From sequence record MT708547.1: a stretch of DNA of 64,000 nucleotides; one strand, given 5' to 3'. Under the pieces are notes generated by a model. That model searched no databases. It saw nothing but the letters and a program-made list of their open reading frames with translations, and was not told the origin of the DNA. Position 1 is the stretch's first letter, and every line of letters begins with the position of its first letter. Below, one piece after another: positions 55,559 to 64,000 of this stretch. Both the position numbers and the translations under genes were made by a program.

Positions 55559-55828
55559 ATGGACGCAAAAAACCAAAATCTATTAGATAGTATTTTTGAA
55601 CACACATCCGAAAAAAGATCAATACAGCATTTTAGTAATAGAGCAGATCACGCGATTAACTCTGTTATTAATTTACTTGAATATATAGAAACTGAATTTG
55701 ATGCAGACGACGCTGAGGATTTAAAAAAGCGTTTATTTCTTAGTATAAAGAATAGAGACTATAAAAAGTTTCAAAAAGGATTGGAGAATATTGCACTCGA
55801 TGAATCCAGAAAGAATAAGGATAATTGA
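55559..55828 (+). CDS. Hypothetical protein
   Basis: 89-aa ORF after the helicase gene. Confidence 0.6.
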   Translation: MDAKNQNLLDSIFEHTSEKRSIQHFSNRADHAINSVINLLEYIETEFDADDAEDLKKRLFLSIKNRDYKKFQKGLENIALDESRKNKDN

Positions 55829-57456
55829 TGATTTTTGACAAGTCCAAATTTGAAAAATTAACCAAACCACGCAAACTGAAATATATTCAGGAAAATGACT
55901 TTTTTGGATTCAATACGAAAAATGCAGTGATGGTATTGTATTGTATAGAAAATGGTTTAACGGATGTTGTATATGCACCATGTGGGGCTGAATGTAAAAT
56001 AACATCAACTAAACCATCCAAGTACTGTAATAGTTATAAAAACAGAAAGGAAGAAACATGTCCTTTGTGTCATAATTATTATAAAAATACAATGCAAGAG
56101 AAGTACAAAGAAAGTTGTACCAAAAAATATGGTGTAGAAAATCCAATGAAAAATGCTGAAATTAGGGAAATCTATAAACAGAATTTCATTGATAAAACAG
56201 GATATACAAATCCATTGTGCACAGGTACCGATTCAAGAACAAAAAGAGATCAAACTTGTATTGTATTATTTGGTTCGGTATCTTCACAAAAAGACCATAC
56301 TGTTAGGGATAAAACCATAAAAACAAGTACAGAAAAGTTTGGTACTGAACATCCTATGAAAAATAAAAATATTTCCACTAAAGCTGGAAATAACTTGAGT
56401 TTAGTTCTTAATAAAAAGAAAACAAAAAGGATCTTAGAAAATTTATCCGATGGTATTACATTCATCGATGATGAAAAACTGAAATTCAATCAAGAATATG
56501 AATTTCGTTGTGATACATGTAATAATATTTTTAAACACCATATATGGAATCTTGGAGCTAAAAAAATAAGTTGTCCTATTTGTTTTCCCAGGAATAACAA
56601 TTCAAGTATGCAAGAAAATGAAATTAGAGGATATATTGAAAGTTTTGGATTAAAAACAATTAGTACTAAAAATATTATACATCCTTATGAAATTGATATT
56701 TATATTCCTGAATTAAAAATAGGATTTGAATATAATGGTAGCTACTGGCACAGCACTAAATTTGTTGATAAAAATTATCATTTGATGAAGCTTGAACTGG
56801 CAGAAAAATGTAATGTTCATTTGATTAATATTCATGAAGTTGATTATCAAAACAATAAAGAAGTAATATTATCTAGAATTAAAAATGTTTTAGGTTTTTC
56901 TGAATCTACATATGCCCGTTCTTGTACTATAAAAGAAGTTGGTTCAAAAGAAGAGAAGGAATTTCTTAATAAAAATCATTTACAAGGTTATGTTAATAGT
57001 AAACTGTGTTATGGATTATATCATGATGATGTACTAATGGCTGTAATGTCTTTTGGTAAAACTCGATATGATAAGAATGATGATGGTGTATATGAATTAC
57101 TAAGATATTGTTCATCTGGTACTGTAATCGGTGGAGCATCGAGATTACTAAAACATTTTGAAAAATACAATAAACCAAAACGACTAATTTCATATGCATC
57201 AAGAGACTGGACAAGTATTAATAATAATTTATATAAAACGCTTGGATTTGAATTTGTGAAAAGTACTAAACCTAGTTATTTTTATGAAAAGAATAATACC
57301 AAATTCAGTAGATATCAATGTACTTTGAAAAAATTATATAAAAACGACCCTTCACTTTTACCTAATTTAACAGAAGATGATATAACTATTGGTTTGTATA
57401 AGTTTAATAAAATATACACTACTGGGAATTTGAAATATGAAAAAAACTATAAATGA
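55825..57456 (+). CDS. Hef-like homing endonuclease (PD-(D/E)XK/DUF559-type core + GNAT-like C-terminus)
   Basis: KYGVENP repeats; EIDIYIPELKIGFEYNGSYWHS; C-terminal YELLRYC...GGASRLL...LISYA...LYKTLGF. Confidence 0.75.
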   Translation: MMIFDKSKFEKLTKPRKLKYIQENDFFGFNTKNAVMVLYCIENGLTDVVYAPCGAECKITSTKPSKYCNSYKNRKEETCPLCHNYYKNTMQEKYKESCTKKYGVENPMKNAEIREIYKQNFIDKTGYTNPLCTGTDSRTKRDQTCIVLFGSVSSQKDHTVRDKTIKTSTEKFGTEHPMKNKNISTKAGNNLSLVLNKKKTKRILENLSDGITFIDDEKLKFNQEYEFRCDTCNNIFKHHIWNLGAKKISCPICFPRNNNSSMQENEIRGYIESFGLKTISTKNIIHPYEIDIYIPELKIGFEYNGSYWHSTKFVDKNYHLMKLELAEKCNVHLINIHEVDYQNNKEVILSRIKNVLGFSESTYARSCTIKEVGSKEEKEFLNKNHLQGYVNSKLCYGLYHDDVLMAVMSFGKTRYDKNDDGVYELLRYCSSGTVIGGASRLLKHFEKYNKPKRLISYASRDWTSINNNLYKTLGFEFVKSTKPSYFYEKNNTKFSRYQCTLKKLYKNDPSLLPNLTEDDITIGLYKFNKIYTTGNLKYEKNYK

Positions 57457-57592
57457 AAATGCCAGTTCTGGAAGTACATCATCTGGATCTATTGCTTCCA
57501 GTACCAACGGATTACATTATCCGCTAGTCACCAGACTTCCCAAGACTAATTTCTTTGGAATGAAAGAATATAAAAAGAAGGATAAAAAATGA
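57437..57592 (+). CDS. Small 51-aa protein (not in ORF track), probable head-associated peptide
   Basis: MKKTINENASSGSTSSGSIASSTNGLHYPLVTRLPKTNFFGMKEYKKKDKK*; stop overlaps the next start (ATGA); motif resembles the gp23 segment ESATAGATTAGNIAS. Confidence 0.7.
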   Translation: MKKTINENASSGSTSSGSIASSTNGLHYPLVTRLPKTNFFGMKEYKKKDKK

Positions 57593-57981
57593 AACCATAT
57601 ACTTTCTATACAATCAATACAGTTGTTGATATTGGTGATGGTAGTACTCCTACTATATCAAATGGAAAGTTCACTGGTGCTATGAATTTATCAAGGCTGG
57701 TAGAAACAATTACTATACATGATTATCCTATGATGGTAAGTATTGTAAAAACTGAAGTAGATTTATCAAAAGATAGTAATGCTGAATTTTACAATTTACC
57801 ATCTGTGTGGGGAAAATGTGTTGTGAGTACTTTTAAGTTCGCATTAACAAATGATGTGACATTGAAAATTAATGGTGTTCCATTGGTATTGCCTACTGTA
57901 GTTAATAATACCAGAATTACTAAATTCCAGACAATGAATACTAACAGGAATATCAGTATTATTAAGCAGACTTTTTATTAA
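57589..57981 (+). CDS. Hypothetical protein
   Basis: 130 aa, AAGGA RBS. Confidence 0.6.
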   Translation: MKPYTFYTINTVVDIGDGSTPTISNGKFTGAMNLSRLVETITIHDYPMMVSIVKTEVDLSKDSNAEFYNLPSVWGKCVVSTFKFALTNDVTLKINGVPLVLPTVVNNTRITKFQTMNTNRNISIIKQTFY

Positions 57982-57990
57982 AATAAATAA

Positions 57991-58992
57991 TTGAAAGATC
58001 TTTTTACAAAAGGAATTAAAATGGATATTCAACAAACATCACAAGAATTACAAAAATTTGCTGATTCTCAGGGAATGAATATTGATGTTTCTACTGTACT
58101 CGATAATATGGATGCTGGTGATTTCGTGGAATTGAATTCGGCTATCGACTCTAACAATAATCAAGAAATTTTTAAAATTCTTCAAAAATATAAAGCACGT
58201 ATGAGTGAAAGTTTTGAATATTTTAGTCCAACATATGTACTTAAATACGTAACCGAAAATTCAAAACTAAAAGAAATTGATAATTATAGTATTAAAGAAT
58301 TAAAAGAAGCGTATTCAAAATTCAGTACATATGGTGATATTTCAGAATTTAGTACTCAGGAATTAAAAGCATTAGTGTATGAAGATATAACACAGAATGC
58401 TACACAGCTTAATGCGTTAAAAACTAGTAATATTGCACAACAAAATCTACAACAGCAACAACAACAAATTAATCCACAGACACAGGCTAAAGTTAAACAA
58501 GCAGAATTGCAAAAAGGTACGGGTAATATGAAAGTATCTGTTCCTGGTCAACAATCTGGTACAGATGAAATTGAACCCCTTGTTGGTATTGATGTTGGAC
58601 AAACACCACAACAGACATTGGTTGTTACTAAAAGTGGTTCTAAACCAAATCAGGTTAATATATTTGGTCTAGATGACGTCACCCCAGTTCAGGAATCAAG
58701 AAAACTAATGGATGACATTGATAAGATCTGCACAGAAGAAAAATCTGTACAAGAGATTAATGCAGAAACTAAAAATGTTGCTCCGCCAGCACCTGAACAA
58801 AGTGGAACTCCATCGCCAGTTACTTATACTGCTCCTGGTATGGGTGAGTTTATTCATTCAGTACAGGACGTTCCATTTGAAGATGATTTCAGTGGAGAAG
58901 AAAGCCCATTAGGAAATTCTAAATTTGAACAGAATGATGAAATTGTTAACGATATAATTGATTTATGCAATCGAATGGATAATAGAAAATGA
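57991..58992 (+). CDS. Hypothetical Gln-rich protein (probable start ATG 58021), possible head protein
   Basis: AATAAATA upstream; several (L/I/V)xE-S motifs. Confidence 0.6.
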   Translation: MKDLFTKGIKMDIQQTSQELQKFADSQGMNIDVSTVLDNMDAGDFVELNSAIDSNNNQEIFKILQKYKARMSESFEYFSPTYVLKYVTENSKLKEIDNYSIKELKEAYSKFSTYGDISEFSTQELKALVYEDITQNATQLNALKTSNIAQQNLQQQQQQINPQTQAKVKQAELQKGTGNMKVSVPGQQSGTDEIEPLVGIDVGQTPQQTLVVTKSGSKPNQVNIFGLDDVTPVQESRKLMDDIDKICTEEKSVQEINAETKNVAPPAPEQSGTPSPVTYTAPGMGEFIHSVQDVPFEDDFSGEESPLGNSKFEQNDEIVNDIIDLCNRMDNRK

Positions 58993-59183
58993 GATCTATA
59001 AAAACCGACAATGGTTATAGTATTATCCTTAGTAATGAAGAGTACTCATTATATAGAAAAATTAAAGCTAGAAAAAAAATTCACGAAGAATCTCTTCCTG
59101 AATATTATCAAGAACTCGCCAATAAACTGGTATCAAGGGGCGTTCTTGATAAAACTGAAGATAATATATATACAGTAAAATAA
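58989..59183 (+). CDS. Small hypothetical protein
   Basis: 64 aa, coupled; LANKLVSRGVL is winged-helix-like. Confidence 0.55.
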   Translation: MRSIKTDNGYSIILSNEEYSLYRKIKARKKIHEESLPEYYQELANKLVSRGVLDKTEDNIYTVK

Positions 59184-59207
59184 TACAATGTAATTAAAGG
59201 AAGTTAT

Positions 59208-59861
59208 ATGAGTTATTATTCTGATGATTATGAACAAAATAAGAAGGCTAAATCAGAAATTTCTGATTTACTTACTGACTTGTATGATATTGGTTTTTAT
59301 GATAAAAATGATATCCCACCACCGGTAAGTACAGCACCTGATTATGGTTATGATTATATTACAGAAGGTGTACAAGGTACTTATTCACTGGATGAAAATG
59401 GTATTCCAGTTAATGTAGTACAACCCACTATCCCAGAACAGTACTATACTGAACCTGTTATTCAAAAACCAAAAAATACTAAAAAATGGGATTTAGTTGA
59501 AGATCACTATCCAGGTACTAAAAGTACTAAAGTCTATAGTATTAAATGTAATTCAAATGACCAAATTATTATGAATAACATTTTAATGCACGAAGCCGCT
59601 TTAACTTTAGTAAATCTTTTAAATGAAGGTAGAATGTTAACTGATCCAAAAATTCTTGGTATAATCAGCAGTGGTATTCAATTTACTTCAGTTATGAATG
59701 AGGTCATAAAAGTATCAAAAGAACGTCTTGTAGTACTAAATGAAGCTCGTTATGATGATGCAAAAGAATTGGATGTAAAAATTGCCGAAAAGAAAAATGA
59801 AGCATATAAACTGAAAAAACGTGTACTGGATTTTCTAAAAACTGAAGGCTACATTAAATAG
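59208..59861 (+). CDS. Hypothetical protein
   Basis: 217 aa, AAGGA RBS. Confidence 0.6.
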   Translation: MSYYSDDYEQNKKAKSEISDLLTDLYDIGFYDKNDIPPPVSTAPDYGYDYITEGVQGTYSLDENGIPVNVVQPTIPEQYYTEPVIQKPKNTKKWDLVEDHYPGTKSTKVYSIKCNSNDQIIMNNILMHEAALTLVNLLNEGRMLTDPKILGIISSGIQFTSVMNEVIKVSKERLVVLNEARYDDAKELDVKIAEKKNEAYKLKKRVLDFLKTEGYIK

Positions 59862-59878
59862 TACTTCAAGGGAATGAA

Positions 59879-61612
59879 ATGAAAAAATATCTGAAAAATT
59901 TAGATACAGAAACAGAAAATCTATTTAATGAAATTCGTTCATTACTAAGTAACAAAAATAGTAAATCATGGCATACCTCAATAAATGCTTCTGGAAGGGA
60001 GCATTTAAAAAACGCGGTACTTAGAGTCTATCCAAGTAGTGATTTTTTACTATCAGAAGCATTAAAACTGATTATCAATCAAGAAGAACCACCGTATGCA
60101 GTATGTGGTAGAAAATGTAAGTATTTTAATGGTCAGTATGATAGATATTGTTCATTGGGTGTCAAACCCAATAAAAACACTTATTGTGAGAAGTGCAATA
60201 AACTCTGGCGAGAAAAGAAAAACAAATCCACAAAAGAAAACTGTCTAAATCAGTACAATGTTGAACACCCTTTTCAGCGAAATGATGTGAAAACAAAAGT
60301 ACATGAAACTAAAATACGAAAATACGGTACTAATTATAATAAAATAATTTCAAACAAATCATTCAGTACTTATTATAATAAAACTGGATATTCATGTCCA
60401 TTGAGTAATCCAGATATACAACAAAAAATTAAAGAAACTAATATTAAAAATTATGGATATGAAAATCCCGGTTCATCTCCATTAATTGTACAAAAAAGAA
60501 AAAATACCCAGAAGAAATTATATGGTCATGAACATTCTATGCAGAATGGTGATATAAAACTAAAGGTATTGATTAAATCTGCCACACAGAGAATGGATAG
60601 TATAAATTCAAAACTTGAATTTACTAATTTTATTCCTTTGTTTGATATTAGTGATTTAATTGGTTTGGATACATATAACAAAATGCCATACTGGTGTAAT
60701 ACACATGGTTTATTTTATTCATGTAGTAATTATAAAATTATATGTAATGAATGCACTCCCGTTCATATAAGCACACAACACAAAGAGATATTAAATTTTA
60801 TAGAAAATCTTGGTATTGAATGTGTAACGAATACACGCTCTGTTTTAAAAAGTACTATGGAATTGGATATTTTTATACCTGACTTGAATGTTGCAATAGA
60901 AATTAATGGTATGTACTGGCATAGTACTGAATACAAAGAACGACTGTATCATCAAAACAAAATGTTGGAATGTAAAGAACATGGCATTCACTTAATACAG
61001 ATATGGGAAGATGAATGGAATACCAAACAAGATTTGGTTAAATTTCGTTTGATGAATGTATTAAAATGCTCCAGTACTATATATGCAAGAAAATGTAAAA
61101 TAAAAGAAATCAATAAAAAAGAATGTGATAATTTTATTAATACATACCATATCCAAGGTTCTAGTTCATCATCTATTAGAATTGGTTTATATTACGAAAA
61201 TGAATTATATGCAGTTATGACATTTGGAAAATCCAGATTTGATAAAACTGTTCAGTATGAATTGATACGATATTGTTCAAAAAGTACAGTCGTTGGCGGT
61301 GCATCTAAATTATTAAAGTACTTTGAGAAGAAATACAAACCAGTGTCGTTGATTTCTTATGCAGATGCGTGTTGGAGTACTGGTGATTTATATATTAAAC
61401 TTGGTTTTACATATAATGGATTAACTGAACCTGGTTATTTTTATTACAAATCAAGTACTGGTAGAATTTCAAGGCATCAATGTCAAAAGAAAAAACTAGT
61501 CAATCAGGGATATGATGAAAATTTATCAGAATATCAAATATGTACCACTGTACTTAAATATAACAAAATATTTGATTGTGGTAATTTTAAATTCACTAAA
61601 TATTACATATAA
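59879..61612 (+). CDS. Hef-like homing endonuclease (paralogue of 55825..57456)
   Basis: ELDIFIPDLNVAIEINGMYWHS; C-terminal YELIRYC...GGASKLL...LISYAD...LYIKLGF. Confidence 0.75.
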   Translation: MKKYLKNLDTETENLFNEIRSLLSNKNSKSWHTSINASGREHLKNAVLRVYPSSDFLLSEALKLIINQEEPPYAVCGRKCKYFNGQYDRYCSLGVKPNKNTYCEKCNKLWREKKNKSTKENCLNQYNVEHPFQRNDVKTKVHETKIRKYGTNYNKIISNKSFSTYYNKTGYSCPLSNPDIQQKIKETNIKNYGYENPGSSPLIVQKRKNTQKKLYGHEHSMQNGDIKLKVLIKSATQRMDSINSKLEFTNFIPLFDISDLIGLDTYNKMPYWCNTHGLFYSCSNYKIICNECTPVHISTQHKEILNFIENLGIECVTNTRSVLKSTMELDIFIPDLNVAIEINGMYWHSTEYKERLYHQNKMLECKEHGIHLIQIWEDEWNTKQDLVKFRLMNVLKCSSTIYARKCKIKEINKKECDNFINTYHIQGSSSSSIRIGLYYENELYAVMTFGKSRFDKTVQYELIRYCSKSTVVGGASKLLKYFEKKYKPVSLISYADACWSTGDLYIKLGFTYNGLTEPGYFYYKSSTGRISRHQCQKKKLVNQGYDENLSEYQICTTVLKYNKIFDCGNFKFTKYYI

Positions 61613-61631
61613 CTTATAAGGAATATATAAA

Positions 61632-62255
61632 ATGTCTGACATTAAAAAAATCATGGAAGCTGAAAATCGTGTAGAAGCACTGAAGTTCATGCAGATTAAT
61701 GAAAGTAATATTGAAAAACTGGAAGTGGTTCTCGCAATCAAATCTGGTATTGCCGATAAACTACAACGTGCTTCTGAGCAGTTGATGAACTACAGCGTTG
61801 ACGTTCTCGGTCCAATTGTTGATCGTATTAAAGCAGAAGAAGGTATTGAAGTGGCCGAAGAATTTCAGTCCAGAGTTAAAAACATCCTTCAACATGCAGC
61901 AGATGTAGTTATGGATGCTAAAGACCAGATCACTAACGAAACTCTTAAACTTACTGGTGATGTAGCTGATAATCCAGATGTGGCTGATATCGGTATTGAT
62001 GATGATCTAACCGTTGATGAGGAAACCCCAACTTTTGATATGGAATCTGATGCTTCCTTTGATGATATTGAAGAACCTGTACCGGAAGATCGTGCAATGA
62101 AAGAATCTGTACAATATACCCAAGTTGGTATCAAAATGGAAAGTACTAAAGGTACTATTGGTACAAAATATTTCAGTACTCATAAAGAAGCTGAAAAATG
62201 GCTCAAAGAAAATGAATCTAAAGTCAAAAAAGTACTTGGGTTCGAGAAAAAATAA
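61632..62255 (+). CDS. Hypothetical acidic protein, possible head protein
   Basis: 207 aa, high-expression codons, IMEA/INES/MKES motifs. Confidence 0.6.
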   Translation: MSDIKKIMEAENRVEALKFMQINESNIEKLEVVLAIKSGIADKLQRASEQLMNYSVDVLGPIVDRIKAEEGIEVAEEFQSRVKNILQHAADVVMDAKDQITNETLKLTGDVADNPDVADIGIDDDLTVDEETPTFDMESDASFDDIEEPVPEDRAMKESVQYTQVGIKMESTKGTIGTKYFSTHKEAEKWLKENESKVKKVLGFEKK

Positions 62256-62263
62256 GGTTAATT

Positions 62264-62614
62264 ATGAAATTTCGTGATATTGTAAAAATCACAGAAGATG
62301 CACCACCAAAAGATATTCGCAATATGATCACCAGTATTGCATTATCACTAGTTGCATCTGGTAGGGAAGAGGTTGGTATTCAGTCATTGGTTAATGAAAT
62401 TAAGAAAAGGACTGGTATTGATGTTCCTTATAATGTGATGATGGATATTTTAAATTCGTTGCCATTTGTTCAGGATGCAAATTCTGATAGAGTACAATTT
62501 TCAGGAACTGATACCAGTACTGACTTTAAGCAACCTAATTCAGAAGAAAGTTCTGAACAAAAAGTACAAGATATGGCTGGTAAAGCAGCCACCGACAGTA
62601 TGAAATCACTATAA
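62264..62614 (+). CDS. Hypothetical protein, possible head protein
   Basis: 116 aa; N-terminal MKFRDIVKITEDA. Confidence 0.6.
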   Translation: MKFRDIVKITEDAPPKDIRNMITSIALSLVASGREEVGIQSLVNEIKKRTGIDVPYNVMMDILNSLPFVQDANSDRVQFSGTDTSTDFKQPNSEESSEQKVQDMAGKAATDSMKSL

Positions 62615-62619
62615 AATTT

Positions 62620-62649
62620 TTGAACAAAAAGACAAAAATAAGCTATAAT
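62620..62649 (+). promoter_or_regulatory. TTGAAC-N18-TATAAT promoter
   Basis: Conserved promoter class upstream of the exonuclease. Confidence 0.7.
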
Positions 62650-62666
62650 TATGGAGTAACAAGGGA

Positions 62667-63374
62667 ATGTTTGTTCCACCTATTATTAGCAGATATTCTT
62701 ATGTTGATTATAAAAGAATTGAAGGCGGCTCTCAGGGTCGCCTTTATTCTACCCCAACCGGAAATCTGCCATCGGTAACTACAATTCTAAGTGCCACATC
62801 CAATGATGAAGGATTGAAAAAATGGCGTGAATTTGTGGGAGAAGAAAAAGCCAATGCTATCACACTGGAAGCAACGACAATTGGTACCTTTATGCATGAA
62901 AATTTAGAAAATAGATTAAATTCTAAGCCAGATCATGAAGGTGGTATGCCAGTACGTGTATTAGCAAGAAAAATGGCTGATAAAATTCAAGAAGAAGCGT
63001 GGCCTAAAATTAATGAAGTATGGGGTCAGGAAGTACCACTGTACTATGAAGGTCTATGGGCTGGAACAACAGATTTGGTTGGAATTCATGACGGAATTCC
63101 AACCATCATGGATTACAAAAATTCTAGAAAAAAGAAAACATGGAATCATATTGAAAATTACCGTTTACAAATTGCCGCATATGCGTTGGCTCATAACTAT
63201 ATGTATGGAACTGATATACGACGTGGTGTAATATTTGTTTGTGTAAGAGAAGATCCTCAAAATTTACAATATCAGGAATTTATAATTGAAGGTGATGATT
63301 TTGATGAAGCCGTACAAATGTGGATTTCTAGAGTAGAGCAATATTATATAATGAATGGGCAAATTATAAATTAA
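62667..63374 (+). CDS. PD-(D/E)XK exonuclease (RecB/Cas4-like phage exonuclease)
   Basis: LPSVTTIL, GTFMHENLE, EVPLY, AGTTDLV, IMDYK, QIAAYALA motifs. Confidence 0.88.
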   Translation: MFVPPIISRYSYVDYKRIEGGSQGRLYSTPTGNLPSVTTILSATSNDEGLKKWREFVGEEKANAITLEATTIGTFMHENLENRLNSKPDHEGGMPVRVLARKMADKIQEEAWPKINEVWGQEVPLYYEGLWAGTTDLVGIHDGIPTIMDYKNSRKKKTWNHIENYRLQIAAYALAHNYMYGTDIRRGVIFVCVREDPQNLQYQEFIIEGDDFDEAVQMWISRVEQYYIMNGQIIN

Positions 63375-63394
63375 ATTAGCAAACTGGAGTAACA

Positions 63395-63931
63395 ATGAAA
63401 GACAACGTATACATTTATATTATTAAAGTACTGGAAGGTAAAGGTTACGATATCAATGAAGTAATCAAGAAAAGCGATAAAGAAATCAAATCTCTTCCTC
63501 TATCTCGTCAGATTATTGAGGGTATTATTTCTTATAAAGAAAAGGGTTCCCCAAAACTAGAAGAAATCGAAAAGGAAATCTTTGATAAGAGATATAACCC
63601 AGACGTGGAAGTAAAAACTTCAGATATTATCGAATATGTAAAAAACACCGATGAACAAAATGAAGTCCTGGATAATATTAAACAAGAACAACTTGAAGAA
63701 ATTCCTGATGATGTAATTGTAATTAAACATACTGCTCCGAACAAAGAAGATTTGGATATCATCAAAGATGCCCTTCAACAAAAAGAACTCCGTACAATTG
63801 CAAAATATGTTAAACACCTGAAAGACACCGTTCCTTCTGCTATTATGTCTGCTGTTGATAGTGTGACTATTAATGACCTAATTAATGCACGAATTGCAGA
63901 AGTAAAATCAGCAGAAGAAAAAACTAAATAA
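63395..63931 (+). CDS. Hypothetical protein
   Basis: 178 aa, GGAG RBS. Confidence 0.6.
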   Translation: MKDNVYIYIIKVLEGKGYDINEVIKKSDKEIKSLPLSRQIIEGIISYKEKGSPKLEEIEKEIFDKRYNPDVEVKTSDIIEYVKNTDEQNEVLDNIKQEQLEEIPDDVIVIKHTAPNKEDLDIIKDALQQKELRTIAKYVKHLKDTVPSAIMSAVDSVTINDLINARIAEVKSAEEKTK

Positions 63932-63962
63932 TCCTATAACGAACTTTGATTAAGGGTTTAAT

Positions 63963-64000
63963 ATGGCTCAACAACAAATCGCTTTACAACAAATCAGAAC
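63963..64000 (+). CDS. Start of a CDS truncated by the window end (MAQQQIALQQIR...)
   Basis: ATG at 63963 after AAGGG, open to the window end. Confidence 0.4.
   Translation, partial: MAQQQIALQQIR

Overview
A 64-kb AT-rich segment of a large T4-related myovirus genome. The gene set and gene order suggest a RaK2/GAP32/121Q-like enterobacterial jumbo phage (inference, not searched). It carries baseplate genes (gp25 partial, gp5-like spike, hub, gp53, gp48/54-like, gp26-like), a late sigma factor (gp55), gp47/gp46, EndoVII and a tape-measure-like gene. The head module is complete (portal, core, protease, scaffold, major capsid), and a tail fibre follows. Replication and recombination genes include a family B polymerase, putative clamp, RNase H, SSB, UvsX/Y/W, primase and helicase, plus GroES, a terminase with an intein, and five free-standing homing-endonuclease-like genes. 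The strongest unusual signals are listed here. (1) A probable programmed -1 frameshift (T TTT TTC) fusing the gp26-like gene to an unannotated start-less gp51-like ORF. (2) Roughly five-fold over-representation of the palindrome AGTACT across the window. (3) A 213-aa miniature DnaE-like polymerase core that keeps all three catalytic aspartates. (4) A class-3-type intein starting with Leu. (5) An iteron/hairpin-rich origin-like non-coding island. (6) A conserved YTGAAY-N17/18-TATAAT promoter class. (7) Nucleases fused to a Mom-like GNAT domain. (8) A degenerate terminase ATPase paralogue. No rRNA, tRNA or CRISPR array was found. All assignments come from motif recognition by eye; no database searches were run.
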